From NCBI GenBank assembly GCA_963845755.1, contig CAWJTV010000020.1, positions 64,001 through 128,000 of the forward strand: a stretch of 64,000 nucleotides of DNA, read 5' to 3'. The translations under genes and the position numbers were made by a program. This DNA comes from an uncultured Planctomycetota bacterium. Lineage in GTDB: Bacteria > Planctomycetota > Planctomycetia > Isosphaerales > Isosphaeraceae. Under the pieces are notes generated by a model that had not been told where the DNA came from, did no database searches, and worked only from the letters and a program-made list of their open reading frames with translations. This document shows, piece after piece, positions 1 through 12,121 of this stretch (the stretch's first letter is position 1; every line of letters begins with the position of its first letter).

Positions 1-89
1 CGCAGAACGCCTCGACCGGACCCAACACCCGGGGCAATGTAACCGCTTCACGTTCTGACGTCGGGACAGGGGTCATCAAGGTGCTCCGA

Positions 90-148
90 GTTGGTCAGGC
101 TTTCGAGACTGCCTGTAATAGTTCGTCAGGGTGGAAAGCCTGACTTAC
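90..148. repeat. REP-like inverted doublet (GTAG-family, core GTCAGGCTTTC)
   Basis: gttggtcaggctttc (90-104) is inverted relative to gaaagcctgacttac (134-148); the same unit recurs at 2757-2815. Confidence 0.65.
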
Positions 149-2522
149 GGATTGGCCCTCGCCTGATCGGCGGCATCCTTGAGAGCCTCAGCCGCTTTCT
201 GGATTTGCGCCACGGTCTTCGCGACCGCCGCGGCGATCGCATCGGGCTTCTTGTCTTCGAGGGCCTGACGGATTGCCGGCAGGGGCCAGGCCGCGTAGCC
301 GGTCGTCAGGCCCGGGGCGTAGATAGCGTGCTTGAACCAGGGCCGGCCGGGGAGCCCGTCGGCCAGCGCGAACGACCGTTCGACTTTCGCGATGGCGTCG
401 TTAAGCGTAGCCAACTTGTCGGGAGCAATCGCGTCGTGCCGGGTCAGAGTCTCGGTCGCGCGATCGAGCTCCTCGGCCCGTGCCTGGAAATCTCGGACTG
501 CCCGGACCAGGTCGGGAAGCCCCGCGAACTCGTCGGAAGGATTCGGATTCGACCCGGACGATTCGCCTTGTCGCACGCGGCGGACATGGATGAGTCGCAG
601 CTCATCGACGTGCTCGCGAGCGCCAGGCCGTAGGAGCCGAATCGGAGCGGCACGACATCGGCCGTGGCGGCCCTCATGGCGATCAGCGTGTACAACCGGG
701 CTGCCGTGGCGTGGCTCAGGAACTCCGGATCGCCGAATTTCTCCATCCAGTTGAAGTTATCGTAGATCGAGTGATAGACGCCATATCCGCCTCGGAACCC
801 GCCGTCAACGGCCGGGATGCCCAGGTGGTCGACGAACACCGTATAGTCGGAGCCGGAGCCCAGCCAGCTCATCTGCGGGACGAAACCTCGCGTCGTGGAC
901 GACTTCGACCCGGGACTGTCATGATTGTTGTCGTCCCAGATCGGATCATGGACGATCAGCGGCGAGCTGGAGGCCCAGGCCTTGCGGTGGGATTCGGTCC
1001 ATAGGTCGCGGAGATTGCGTCCCGAGCGGACGTCGGTGATGGATCCGGCGGCTTCCAGTACGAAATCCCGCAAGGAGGGAACTCCACTGAGCGTGAGCTC
1101 CGGACCGGCGACCGCCGAATCGACGTTCAACATCAGAACGGCCTTCTTCTTCAGCTCATCGGCATGTTCCTCGGCCCATTCCGTCGAACCCACCAGGCCG
1201 TATTCCTCGGCATCCCAGCTTGCGTAGACGAGGGTCCGCCGCGGCTTCCAGCCGTGCTTGACGGCCTCGCCCAACGCACGACAGGTCTCGAGCGTCGCGG
1301 CGGTGCCGCTGCCGGGATCGACGGCGCCGTAGACCCAGGCGTCGCGATGGTTGCCGAGCATCACCCAGCGGTCGGGCTCGACCGTGCCGGGGATGGTCGC
1401 GATCACGTTCCAGATCGGGCGGAGCTGGTAATCCATAATCACGGAGAACGAGACTTCTGCCGGCCCTGGTCCAACGTGGTATGTCAAGGGCAATCCGCCC
1501 TGCCAGCCTGCTGGAACATTGGGGCCGGCCACAACCTTGAGGATCTCCTGAGCCGTTTCGTAACTGATGGGAAGAGATGGGATGCTCGCGAAGTACTCAG
1601 CTCGTTTCAGGCCGGTCGCCTTCTCCCATTCTTGGATCGTGGTCGTGCTCACCATCTCACCGGGGAATCCAGCCTTATAGTATGGGAATCCATACAGTTC
1701 GTCGAAGGGAAGCCTTTTCGCTCCCTTCGTCGAAGGGCCGAACGGGGTCGAGGGATCGCCCGGTCCCATCGAAAGGAATTGAACGCTACCGCGCTGGATG
1801 GCCGATCCGGGGCGGAAGCGTCCATTGGGGTAGACGTCACCCTTGGCGAATCCATCCTCAGCCGGATCGGAGAAGATCAGGATCCCCCGAGCGCCACGCT
1901 TCTGGGCGTTATACACCTTGAGGCCGCGGAAGAGCTCGCCGTAGCGGACGAGGACGACTTTGTGCTTAACGTCGATCCCCATTTTGTTGAGCGCATCGAA
2001 ATCCTCGGGACGACCATAGTTAACATACACCACCTGTCCCGAAGCAATACCCGAGGTACCGTACCCATTGAACGATCCGAACGCCCCTGTGTTGGCGGAG
2101 TCCTTGTCCGTCGCGATCGGGCCTTCATCGACGGCAAGCCTCTTAACAAAGGGGCGATCGATCGTCAGCGCAGGGGGACTTTCTTTGACGAAGGCATTGT
2201 GACCCGGATAATTGAGCAGCACCTCCATCTCGGCGATCTCGGCCTTCCAACCCCATTCGCGGAGCTTGTCGCGGACGAACTCGGCGGTCTTGCGATCGGC
2301 CGGCGTTCCGGCGACGTGCGGCTCGGCGGTGAGGATGCGGAGCCATCGCCGGGCGTTCTCGGGTGTGGGAATGGTCAGAGCGTGGGCTTCGGCCGTGCGC
2401 TGGGCCTCGGCCGACCGCGGGGTGAAGCCGATCGGATCGGCACCGAGGGCCGGATTGGCACCCAGGATCGCAGCCAGGACGAGAATCACGGGAGCTAACG
2501 TGCTGTTTCGAGATCGCCGCAT
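145..2522 (-). CDS. M28 family peptidase / glutamate carboxypeptidase II-like (PA domain, TfR dimerisation domain), secreted; frameshift near 617
   Basis: Signal peptide; motifs PHVAGT, YVNYG, GNHRDAW, GAVDPGSG, SWDAEEYGL, GSGSDY, YHSIYD. The C-terminal LPGRPWFKHAIYAPG lies in a second frame (ORF 145..576). Confidence 0.9.
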
Positions 2523-2756
2523 GAAGAGCCTCATCGGGAAGCAGGCGCTTGACAGGAACAACGTTTCAGGACCACACTGAGGGCGCGTGGGGATGGATCG
2601 CGCGGCCTCGGTCGAGGCTGGATTTCCCGCGGTAACCGACGACCGGGGACCGAGGAGCCGTCGGTGAAGGAAAACGGAACTAGGATACGTTGCCCGCGCC
2701 GTGGTGGATAGAGGCGTGTCCACGTCCAATCGCATTTGAGCGACGCTCACCTGTTC

Positions 2757-2815
2757 GTACTTCAGGCGTTCCCACCTGACGAACCGTTGCCGTCAGACCG
2801 GAAAGCCTGACCTAC
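2757..2815. repeat. REP-like inverted doublet, same family as 90-148
   Basis: gtcagaccggaaagcctgacctac (2792-2815; reverse complement begins GTAGGTCAGGCTTTC) with a degenerate partner gtacttcaggcgttcccacctgac (2757-2780). Confidence 0.6.
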
Positions 2816-2838
2816 GCACGACCTTCGAGACGTCCCCG

Positions 2839-4335
2839 ATGGCTGTCATGCCCTCGATCCTGGTCTGGCTGGCGCTGTCCACGACCGTCGAACCGGCCGC
2901 GGGCGTACGATCGGGCTATCGCCCGACCGGAGTCGCTGGTCGAGCTCGTGGATCCGGGATTGCTGGCCCGGTTGCGCGACCCGCGAATTCGGCCCATCGC
3001 CTTCGGCGAGCCTAAGACCATCGCGGCCGACGGCGGGATCGCCGAGGTCGCCGGCCCGGGAGTGATCCAGCAGATCGTTTTGAACGTCCCCGCACACTTG
3101 CCGGAACGTTTCAGCCTGAGGAACATCCGGCTGAAGATCTACCTCGACCGGCGAGCCGAGCCCGCGCTGGATCTCCCGATCCCGGATCTCTTCAGCGGCC
3201 TGCATCCTCATTTCCCACGACCGCTGGTCGGTCATGCGGCCGGCGGGTATTACTCGTATGTCCCGATCGCATTCCGCGACGGCTGCCGGATGAAACTCGA
3301 TGGGCCACACGCGGGACGCTTGCGGGCTCGCCTCAGCGGGATTGCCCTGCCGGAGGCGACCGACGTCACCTCGTTCCAGGAAGACCTCTCATCCGCCGAT
3401 CAAGTCCAGTTGGATCAGGCGGCCGCCGTGTGGTCGAAGCCGGGGGATCGGATCGCTTCCCTCGGCGCGCCGACGGAATCATCAGATTTCGTCGTGGATG
3501 GTGCCGCGCGCAGTACGCAACGCTACCTTCTTCCGGCGGGACCGCGCACGATCCGGTCGCTCGAGATCGAGCCGGCTCCCGGCACCAGCGATGCCTGGCG
3601 CGACGCCCGTCTGAAACTGTTCTGGGAGCGGGACGACCGTGCCGCGGGGGTCAACCTGCCATTGGGCTTCGCATTCGCCCGGGTCCTCGGCGTCGAGCCC
3701 GGTTCGTCTTTGCTCGTGGGGTCGAGCGGGCCGGTGTGGTTCAACCGGTTCCCCATGCCATACCGACGTCAGGCGTTCCTCCAGATCGATTCGGAGGCGG
3801 CAATCCGGGGGACGATCCGTGTCCGGTCGGTCCGCGTGGCTGCGGCGGACGCCGGTTATTTTTGTGCGTCCTATCGCGAGGGAGCCCTCGGAAACGCGCG
3901 CGCTCTGCCTCGGAACCGTCCGGGGCATTCCCGCCTGTCGAACTCCCCGGGCGGGGGCACTACGCCGGGACTTTCCTTGCGGTCCGGGGCCAAGCGGTTG
4001 GCCCTCATCGGTTTGCGGACGCCGAGAAACGCGCCGACAATGTTCGCTTCGTCGTCTCGGGACTGGGCACTGTGCTGGCGATCCACGGATTCCCCACCCA
4101 ACCCCCCGCCTGGGACGCCTCGCCGGCTCATGGGGTGTTTCTGGGTGATTGGGACGCTACGCCCCGTCAGTCCGTGGGCTACCGATGGCATGTGTCGGAT
4201 CCCATCCCGTTCGATCGGACGATCGCGGCAACCATCGCACCGAGCAACGGTACGTACTCCACGGCCGATTTTCATCTGACGGCGGCCGTCTTCTGGTATT
4301 CGGAACGGCCCAGTCCTTCGAGCAATCGTCAGTAG
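2839..4335 (+). CDS. DUF2961 (GH172-like) domain secreted protein; frameshifts near 2900 and 3890
   Basis: Signal-like N-terminus, then GPGVIQQI, LKIYLD..EPALDLP.DLF, YVPIAF, FPMPYRR, GRGHYAGT, YRWHVSDPIPF, AVFWYS spread over three frames. Confidence 0.6.
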
Positions 4336-4490
4336 TCGATAACGAGCCCGAAACCGGCCGATTCAGTGCAACCCGCTCTCTCGGCCGACTGACTCCTGAC
4401 CCCTGCTTGCGTCTTATCCACTGCCCACTGTCTACTGACCACTGCTTGAATACGACATCCCAGATCCTGGAAATCCAAGAGGGGCACATC

Positions 4491-5012
4491 ATGGCTCTGT
4501 CGTTCACGGTTGGCGGGGCGAAAGGAACGTTCGATGCTCCCTTCGCCGAGGAAGTGGCCGGCGTGCTGGACCATGCCTTCGGCGCCGAGGGTGAATGGGA
4601 GGGCACCCCAACCCTCCACTATGGCGAGCTGGCCGACAGGGGTTGGTCCGACCTTCAGCGTCGCGCGATCGAGGAGCTGGGGGTGGAAACCTTCCCCAAT
4701 CTGACCGCCCTGGGTGAAGAGGGGCGGGGTGTCTACCTACCGGCCAACGTCCGTACGGCGTCGTTTCCCCTCTCGGCCGGCCGGGCTCTGAAATGCGCCA
4801 GTCTGCCCGGCCTCCGCAACGAGCTTTTCGAGCTGGCCCAGCAATGGGACCTGCCGCTGGACGATGACGGCCTCAAGGAATTGCTCCGGGTCGCCCATGA
4901 CCCCGACGACGGCTGTGTCGCCGATGCCCCCGAAATCCTGACCTTCGCCCGACTCGCCCTGGCTGCCAACGAGGCCATGCGCCGCGATTGCCCCCTGTGG
5001 CTGGTCGGCTAA
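4491..5012 (+). CDS. hypothetical protein (acidic, ~173 aa)
   Basis: Ribosome-binding site (gagggg) before ATG 4491; high-GC codon usage; no family recognised. Confidence 0.7.
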   Translation: MALSFTVGGAKGTFDAPFAEEVAGVLDHAFGAEGEWEGTPTLHYGELADRGWSDLQRRAIEELGVETFPNLTALGEEGRGVYLPANVRTASFPLSAGRALKCASLPGLRNELFELAQQWDLPLDDDGLKELLRVAHDPDDGCVADAPEILTFARLALAANEAMRRDCPLWLVG

Positions 5013-5049
5013 TGAGCCGGCAGAGCGAGTCGCTCGCAGACCAGGAAAA

Positions 5050-5077
5050 GGAACTGGCTCCTCGGACGAACGTCTAA
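5050..5077 (+). promoter_or_regulatory. candidate ECF-sigma promoter GGAAC-N16-CGTC(TAA)
   Basis: ggaac (5050-5054) + 16 nt + cgtctaa (5071-5077), upstream of the vWA lipoprotein; a matching GGAAC-N16-CGTG lies at 7230-7254. Confidence 0.5.
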
Positions 5078-5253
5078 GTGACAGGCGACTGGATCGTCAA
5101 TCGAATGCGACGGCCTCATCTCATCCATCGTTGCTCGTCGCAACGGTCTTCATGCCGTCGATTCGGATTGCGATGCGATCGGGCACGTCCTCATTCTCAT
5201 TCTTCCCATGTCTCCGCCCCATCGGTCGCCTGTCGCCCCGAGGAGACCTCATC

Positions 5254-7063
5254 ATGCGCAACTTCTCAGCATCGCTTCGTCGTCTTGGACCGGTACTTGC
5301 CATCGTCTTGGGGTACGTGGTCGGTTGTTCCCATGAGAATGTCCAGGAGGGTCGAGTCGCGCGTTCGGCCAGTCGATCCGCACAGCCTGGTGAAGTGATC
5401 AGCTCGGATTCCTATGGCGGGAGCGAAGGCGCTGTTGCCTACAAGGGTTCGGCTCCTGCACCTGCCGGCGGGCCCACATCACCGGGGGTTATGAAGCGAA
5501 AGCGTTCCGGAGGTGTTCCCAAATCAATTAAGGGCGCAATCGTTCCAGGACCTACCGAGCGAGACTACGAATCCCAACCTCGGCCGGGTCTGAAAGACAA
5601 GGCGGCCGAACCGGCGGAGGCCGCCGCCGTGGAGGCCGAGCGTCGGGCCGAGTCTTACAACCCGATCACGGACAATCCTTTCCACCGGGTTGCGAGCGAG
5701 CCCTTGTCAACGTTCTCGATCGACGTCGATACGGCCAGCTATTCCAATGTCCGGCGCTTCCTCACCCAGAACACGCTGCCGCCCAAGGACGCGGTCCGCA
5801 TCGAGGAGCTGCTCAACTACTTCCCGTACGATGACGCACCGCCTCCGTCCTCCAGCCCGGACCCATTCGCCGTGCACGTCGAGGTCGCCGGCTGTCCCTG
5901 GAATGCCAAGCATCGCCTGGCGCGGATCGGCATTGCGGCCATGCCGATCGACCAGTCGAAGCGACCGCCCAGCAACCTGGTCTTCCTGGTTGACGTCTCG
6001 GGCTCGATGCAAGAGCCGAACAAGCTCCCCCTGGTGCAATGGAGTCTCCAGCGGCTGGTCGATCAGCTTGGCGAGAATGACCAGATCGCGATGGTGGTCT
6101 ACGCAAGTGCCTCGGGCCTGGTCCTGCCCTCGACGTCCTGCTTGCACAAGGCGGAGATCCTCTCGGCGATCGAGCAGTTGCGCGGGCGGCTCGACCAACG
6201 GGGGAGCGGGCATCCAGCTTGCCTACGACGTCGCCACCCAGCATTTCATCAAGAACGGGACGAACCGCGTCATCCTGGCCACCGACGGCGACTTCAACGT
6301 CGGCGTGAGCGACAATGATGAGCTCGTGCGTCTGATCGAGGCCAAGGCCAGGAGCGGGGTGTTCCTCAGCGTCCTGGGTTTCGGGATGGGCAACATCAAG
6401 GATGACAAGCTCGAGAAACTCGCCGATAAGGGGAACGGCAACTACGCCTACATCGACTCGCCGCGCGAGGGGTACAAGGTGCTCGTCGAGCAGATGGGCT
6501 CGACGCTGATCACCGTCGCCAAGGACGTCAAGATCCAGGTCGAATTCAACTCCGCCAAGGTCGGTGCCTTCCGGCTGATCGGCTATGAGAATCGGATCAT
6601 GGCCCATCAGGACTTCAACGACGATACCAAGGATGCCGGCGAGGTCGGCGCGGGGCATCACGTCACGGCGCTCTATGAGATCGTCCCGCCCGGAGCCGAG
6701 GAGGACGGCGCTGCCGGCGTCGACCCGCTCAAGTATTCGAAAACGTCGTCGTCGGGCTCCGCCAGCAACGAGTCATTCACACTCAAGATGCGGTACAAGC
6801 CGCCGACCGGCGAGACCAGCCGCAAGCTCGAGATCGGCGTCGTGGACAAGGGCCGGTCGTTCGGCGAATCCTCGGAAGACTTGAAGTTCGCCGCCGCGGT
6901 CGCGGGGTTCGGAATGCTCTTACGCGACTCACTCCACAAGGGCAGCCTGACCTACGCGGGTGTGATCGAGATCGCCGAGCCCGTCTCGGCCCACGACCCC
7001 TCGGGCTACCGCCGGGAGTTCCTGGCCGCGGTCCGACAGGCGAAGAAACTGGCGAGGCAGTGA
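5254..7063 (+). CDS. YfbK-like vWA lipoprotein (vWF_A N-terminal + VWA + DUF3520); frameshift near 6183
   Basis: Lipobox-like [63 protein letters not shown] and DAGEVGAGH motifs. Confidence 0.88.
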
Positions 7064-7093
7064 GGAACGATCCGAGAACGTAATCCGGTCTTT

Positions 7094-7114
7094 GTAGGGT
7101 GGGTGAAACCCACC
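7094..7114 (+). repeat. GTAG-family REP palindrome
   Basis: GTAG followed by a perfect 7-bp hairpin ggtgggt-gaa-acccacc. Confidence 0.6.
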
Positions 7115-7303
7115 AGGATCGTCCCGCCTCCCTGGTGAGTTTTACTCGCCTTACCGGGCGCTCCGTCGGGTGGCTGGGGTCGACGGCCCGCGGGGCCGAC
7201 GTCCCCGGATCCCCGCGCCGAGGATTCTTGGAACCGCCGCCTAAGAAACACGTGGCTGATCCGTCATTGAGAAGGAACGGACATCGGTCTTCTACCGAGC
7301 AAG

Positions 7304-7843
7304 GTGATGCCGAGAATCCTGGACGTCGAGCATGAGAACTGGGTCCGTGACGCGGTCGCTCGATTCGAGGGACCGCTGTCGCTCTACGCCTCGCGACTCC
7401 TGCGCGACCCCGAGGCCGCGCGCGACGTCGTGCAGGAGACGTTCCTGAAGCTCTGTGCATCGGATCGGACCGCGATCGAGGATCATCTGGCCGAGTGGCT
7501 GTTCACCGTCTGTCGCAACCGGGCGCTGGATGTCTTGCGGAAGGAGCAGCGCATGAGTCAGTTACGCGAGGAGCAGGTGCTTCGTTGCTTGAATCCCGGG
7601 CCGGCCCCGCTGGAGGCCGCCGAGCGCCGGGAGCTGGGCGAACGCGTGCTGGAACTCCTGGAATCCCTGCCGGTCAATCAGCGCGAGGTCATCCGTCTGA
7701 AGTTTCAGAACGGGTTCTCGTACCAGGAAATCAGCCGCATCAGCGGCCACAGCGTCTCCAACGTCGGCTACTTGATCCACGCCGGGATCAAGACGCTCCG
7801 GGGTTACCTGTTCGACGGCCAGGCGGCCAAGGCTCGCTTCTAA
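7304..7843 (+). CDS. ECF RNA polymerase sigma-70 factor
   Basis: sigma2 region (AARDVVQETFLKL, WLFTVCRNRALDVLRK) and sigma4 region (LPVNQREVIRL..FSYQEIS). Confidence 0.93.
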   Translation: MMPRILDVEHENWVRDAVARFEGPLSLYASRLLRDPEAARDVVQETFLKLCASDRTAIEDHLAEWLFTVCRNRALDVLRKEQRMSQLREEQVLRCLNPGPAPLEAAERRELGERVLELLESLPVNQREVIRLKFQNGFSYQEISRISGHSVSNVGYLIHAGIKTLRGYLFDGQAAKARF

Positions 7844-7855
7844 GGAGGTCCTGCC

Positions 7856-10687
7856 ATGACCTTTGACCCGAACGATCCCCGGCTGACCGCTTACGTGCTC
7901 GGCGAGCTCGAACCCGCCGACCAGGCGGAGGTCGAGGCACTCCTGAACGACTCGGACGAATGCCGCCAGGCCGTCGAGGAGATCCGCTCGACCGTCGGCT
8001 GGCTCACCGATCGGCTCCGCGAAGAACAGGCGGTCCACGCGCCGACTCCTGAGACCAATCACCGGCCGGTCGCGGCTGTCCCGTTACAATCCTCCACGGC
8101 CTCCCGCCCCTGGTGGCGGCGTACGCGATTCCAGGTCGGCGCCGTGGCCGCACTCCTGTTGCTCGGTGCGACGGCAACCTTGATCCCGCCGTACCTGAAA
8201 CCGTTGCGGCAGGACGAGGCACGCGTCGTCGCACAAGAGCTTGCATTGGCTAATCCCGTCGCCAAGGCGACTGTGCTCTCCAAGACCAATGGGATCTTAA
8301 GGTCCGTGCGCGACGAGCAGGCTCAGGCCCCTCTCCCATATTACGCCAACTACAAACCCAAACGAGCATCCGATCTCGCAGGAGCCGGGCCCGCAATGCC
8401 GGTGGGGACTCAAGATCGACAGATCGTCCTCGACCGATTACGCGCCGGTACGGGCGGCGGCCCAATGGGCGGCGCAATGAACGCCCAAGGCGGTCAGATG
8501 ATGCGCGGAATGACTCAATTGGGTGGAATGGGAGGTGGAATGGGCTTGCAAGGTCAAGCGCCTGCGGCACCTCGTACCCGCGGTCCCGACGGGCTCTGTC
8601 CCCCGCGACGTCTGCCCGGCGTGAGGTGCAATTGGCGCTATCTGAACAGGAGTCCTTGATACGAGCTCGAAAGCAGATGCTCTCAGAGAGCGAGAGACAA
8701 GTTCAGAGGCGCGAGTCTCTCCCACAGGCCCAGTCGGTTGACGGGCTGGGACGATCGGATCTGGCATTCCGCAGCAAGACCCTGGATCTCGCGGCCCAGG
8801 GGCCGGGTCAGAGCGGGCAAGCCGGTAACTCTCCGGCTTTCACGGGCTCGGGGGATCATTCACTCGCAAAGAAGGGGACTTCGGTCGTCACGAACCAAGG
8901 TCCTCAGTCGCAGAGTCAAAGCGGGCCACCGCAGAACGCATCAGGCCGAAGCGAGGCGGCCGCGCCGGTCCGGCCGATGGCGGAGGAATCCAAGCCACCG
9001 GCTCTCGCCCTCAAGTCCAAGCCTGGCCAGCCCGCTCAAGATGGGGAAAAGGCCGTTGAGCGTGCTGGTGCGCTGACCGACAACCTTGCACTCGGCCTCG
9101 GAGACCAGGTCCCGGCCTCGGCTCCGATGCCAGCTTTGCGCGCCGAGGGTGAAGCCCGGAACGTTGGCCAGCCTGGCCAGCAACCGGCCGCCGCAGCCGC
9201 ATCGACCCCCGCCGCGGAGCTCGTGCAACAGCTCCAGGCGGCGCCGGTCGGGGTCGAACAACTTGCCGAGGCGTACGCACCGATCGTGGATAACCCGTTC
9301 CAGTTGGTCGAGAACGAGCCGCAATCGACGTTCTCGATCGACGTCGATACGGCCAGTTACTCGAATGTCCGCCGGTTCCTCACCCAGAACATGCTCCCTC
9401 CCCGGGACGCAGTCCGCATCGAGGAGCTGCTCAACTACTTCCCCTATCGCGATGCGCCGCCGCCGAATTCCAGCGAAGATCCCTTTGCGATCCATCTCGA
9501 GATCGCCCGATGTCCGTGGAACGCCCGGAACCGGCTGGCGCGGATCGGCATCGCGGCCAGGCCGATCGACCAGGCCCGCCGCGCCGCGAGCAACCTCATC
9601 TTCCTGGTGGATGTCTCCGGCTCCATGGACCATCCCAACAAGCTGCCGCTCGTCCAGTGGGGTCTGCAACGGCTGGTCGAACAGCTCAACGAGAACGACC
9701 GCGTCGGGATCGTCGTGTATGCCGCCGCCTCGGGTGTGGTCCTCCCCTCGACGTCTTGCCAGAACAAGGTTGAGGTGCTGTCGGCCATCGAGGCGTTGCG
9801 GGCCGGGGGCTCGACCAACGGTGCAGCCGGCATCCAGCTCGCCTATGACCTCGCCACCCAGCACTTCATCAAGAACGGGACGAACCGCGTCATCCTGGCC
9901 ACCGACGGCGACTTCAACGTGGGTGTGACCGACAACAATGACCTCGTCCGGCTCATCGAGGCCAAGGCCAAGAGCGGGGTGTTCCTCAGCGTCCTGGGCT
10001 TCGGCATGGGCAACATCAAGGATGACAAGCTCGAGAAGCTCGCCGACAAGGGGAACGGTCACTATGCCTACATCGACTCGCCGCGCGAGGCGTACAAGGT
10101 GCTCGTCGAGGAAATGGGCGACAAACCTGATCACCGTGGCCAAGGACGTCAAGATCCAGGTCGACTTCCACAAGGACACGGTGTCGGCCTACCGCCTCAT
10201 TGGCTACGAAGATCGCGTGCTGGCTAACGAGGACTTCGACAACGATGCCAAGGATGCCGGCGAGATCGGCGCCGGCCACCACGTCACGGCACTCTACGAG
10301 CTCGTGCCGGCCGGGCGACCTGGGAACTCGCTGCTCCTGGCCAGTGCGAAGGATCAGACCGGATCGGAAGCCTTCACGTTCAAGCTCCGGTACAAGAAAC
10401 CCGACGAGGACAAGAGCCGCCTCATCGAGCAGAAGGCGATCGATTCCGGCACCGACTTCGCCCAGGCGTCGGATGACCTGAAATTCGCCACGGCCGTCGC
10501 GGGGTTCGGCATGATGCTCCGCGATTCTCCCCACAAAGGTACCCTGACCTACGCCGGGCTGCTGGAGATTGCCCAGCCAGCACTGGACAAGGACCCCTCG
10601 GGCTACCGCAAGGAGTTCGTTGACCTGGTCCGCAAGGCCCAGGCTCTTGCGTCCCAAGCGGTCCGAGCCGTTCCGGACGCTCGGTGA
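7856..10687 (+). CDS. membrane anti-sigma factor fused to a YfbK-like vWA domain; frameshifts near 8600 and 10122
   Basis: RBS aaggagg directly after the sigma gene; degenerate zf-HC2-like N-terminus (LTAYVLGEL...[14 protein letters not shown]); TM helix [17 protein letters not shown]; low-complexity linker; full vWA/DUF3520 paralogous to 5254..7063. Confidence 0.82.
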
Positions 10688-10705
10688 TCCCATTCCCAGG
10701 AGAGT

Positions 10706-10794
10706 TTCACGCGGAGATGCGGAGCGCGCGGAGACGAGAAGAACGTTCTCGAAAGAGAGCGCGATTTCTCCGCGTCCTCCGCGCCTCCGCGTGA
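10706..10794. repeat. inverted CACGCGGAG / CTCCGCG-type intergenic repeat between convergent genes (likely bidirectional terminator)
   Basis: cacgcggagatgcggagcgcgcggag ... ctccgcgtcctccgcgcctccgcgtga. Confidence 0.6.
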
Positions 10795-10811
10795 GATCTG
10801 TCTTTTCTCCC

Positions 10812-12119
10812 TTACTCCCGGAGATGGCCGTCGCCGAAGACGATCCACTTGGTACTGGTCAGCTCGCGGAGCCCACAGGGCCCGCGCGCATGGATCTTAT
10901 CGGTGCTGATGCCGATCTCGGCCCCGAGTCCGAGCTGGCCGCCGTCGTTGAACCGGGTGCTGGCATTGACCATGACGGCCGAGCTGTCGACTTCCTCCGT
11001 GAAGCGGCGGGCCGCAGCGAGGTCGCTGGTGACGATCGCCTCGGTGTGCCCCGAACCGTGCCGGGCGATGTGGGCGATCGCCTCGTCCAGGGATTCGACG
11101 ACGGCCACGGCCAGGATCTTGTCGAGAAACTCGGTGTCCCAGTCGGCCGGAGAGGCGGGAGTCATGTCCGGTATGTACGTCCGCGCAACCGGATCGCCAC
11201 GCAGCTCCACGCCCGCGTCAACCAGTGCGTCGACTGCCCTGCGGAGGAAGTACGGGGCGACCGCGCGATGCACCAGGAGCGTCTCGGCCGCGTTGCAGAC
11301 GCCCGGGCGCTGGACCTTGGCGTTCAGGATGATCTTGATCGCCATATCCACGTCGCATCGGGCATCGATATAGACGTGACAGTTCCCCTGGTAATGCTTC
11401 AGGACCGGCATCTTCGCCTCGGCGACGACGCGACGGATCAGGCTTTCACCGCCCCGCGGAATCGCCAGGTCGATGAACTCGGACAACCCCAGGAGCTCGC
11501 CGACGGCGGCACGGTCGGTCGTCGGGACGAGCTGGACGGCGTACTCGGGAAGTCCGCAGGCGACCAGCTCATCGGCGAGGATCCGGTGCAGCGCCAGGTT
11601 GGTCAAGATGGCCTCCTTGCCGCCGCGGAGGATCACGGCGTTGCCGCTCTTGACGCAGAGCGCGGCGGCGTCAACCGTCACGTTCGGTCGGCTCTCGTAG
11701 ATGATGAAGATCACGCCCAGCGGAACGCGGACTTGCCGGACTTCCAGCCCGTTGGGCCGCCGGCTCGACGTGATGAGCTCGCCGATGGGGTCGGGCAGTG
11801 TGGCGACCTCTCGGAGGGCCCGGGCCATCTCCTCGACGCGCCGGGCGTCGAGCTTGAGGCGGTCGATCGCCGCCGCTTCGAGCCCACGGCCGGGCGCGGC
11901 GGCGACGTCCCCCGCGTTGGCCGTCAGGATCTCCTCGCGGCGCGCGACCAGCGCCGCGGCCGATCGGTTCAGCCAGGTGTCCTTGGCCGAACCTCGGGCC
12001 AGGGCCAGCTTCCGCGCGGCCAGCTTGGCCTGCTGCGCCAGATCGAGACAGAGGCTCGACGTGACGATGCTACAGGGTTCGACGTTCTCGATGGCTTCCG
12101 CGGTCACGCTCATGCTCAT
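10812..12119 (-). CDS. proA: gamma-glutamyl phosphate reductase (glutamate-5-semialdehyde dehydrogenase)
   Basis: [69 protein letters not shown]. Confidence 0.97.
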   Translation of the reverse strand: MSMSVTAEAIENVEPCSIVTSSLCLDLAQQAKLAARKLALARGSAKDTWLNRSAAALVARREEILTANAGDVAAAPGRGLEAAAIDRLKLDARRVEEMARALREVATLPDPIGELITSSRRPNGLEVRQVRVPLGVIFIIYESRPNVTVDAAALCVKSGNAVILRGGKEAILTNLALHRILADELVACGLPEYAVQLVPTTDRAAVGELLGLSEFIDLAIPRGGESLIRRVVAEAKMPVLKHYQGNCHVYIDARCDVDMAIKIILNAKVQRPGVCNAAETLLVHRAVAPYFLRRAVDALVDAGVELRGDPVARTYIPDMTPASPADWDTEFLDKILAVAVVESLDEAIAHIARHGSGHTEAIVTSDLAAARRFTEEVDSSAVMVNASTRFNDGGQLGLGAEIGISTDKIHARGPCGLRELTSTKWIVFGDGHLRE

Positions 12120-12121
12120 GA

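Noticed and set aside
5700..10300. Diversity-generating retroelement template/variable repeat pair in the duplicated vWA sequence
   Set aside because: No reverse transcriptase is present, the differences I checked are largely synonymous and not adenine-specific, and both copies are full coding domains.
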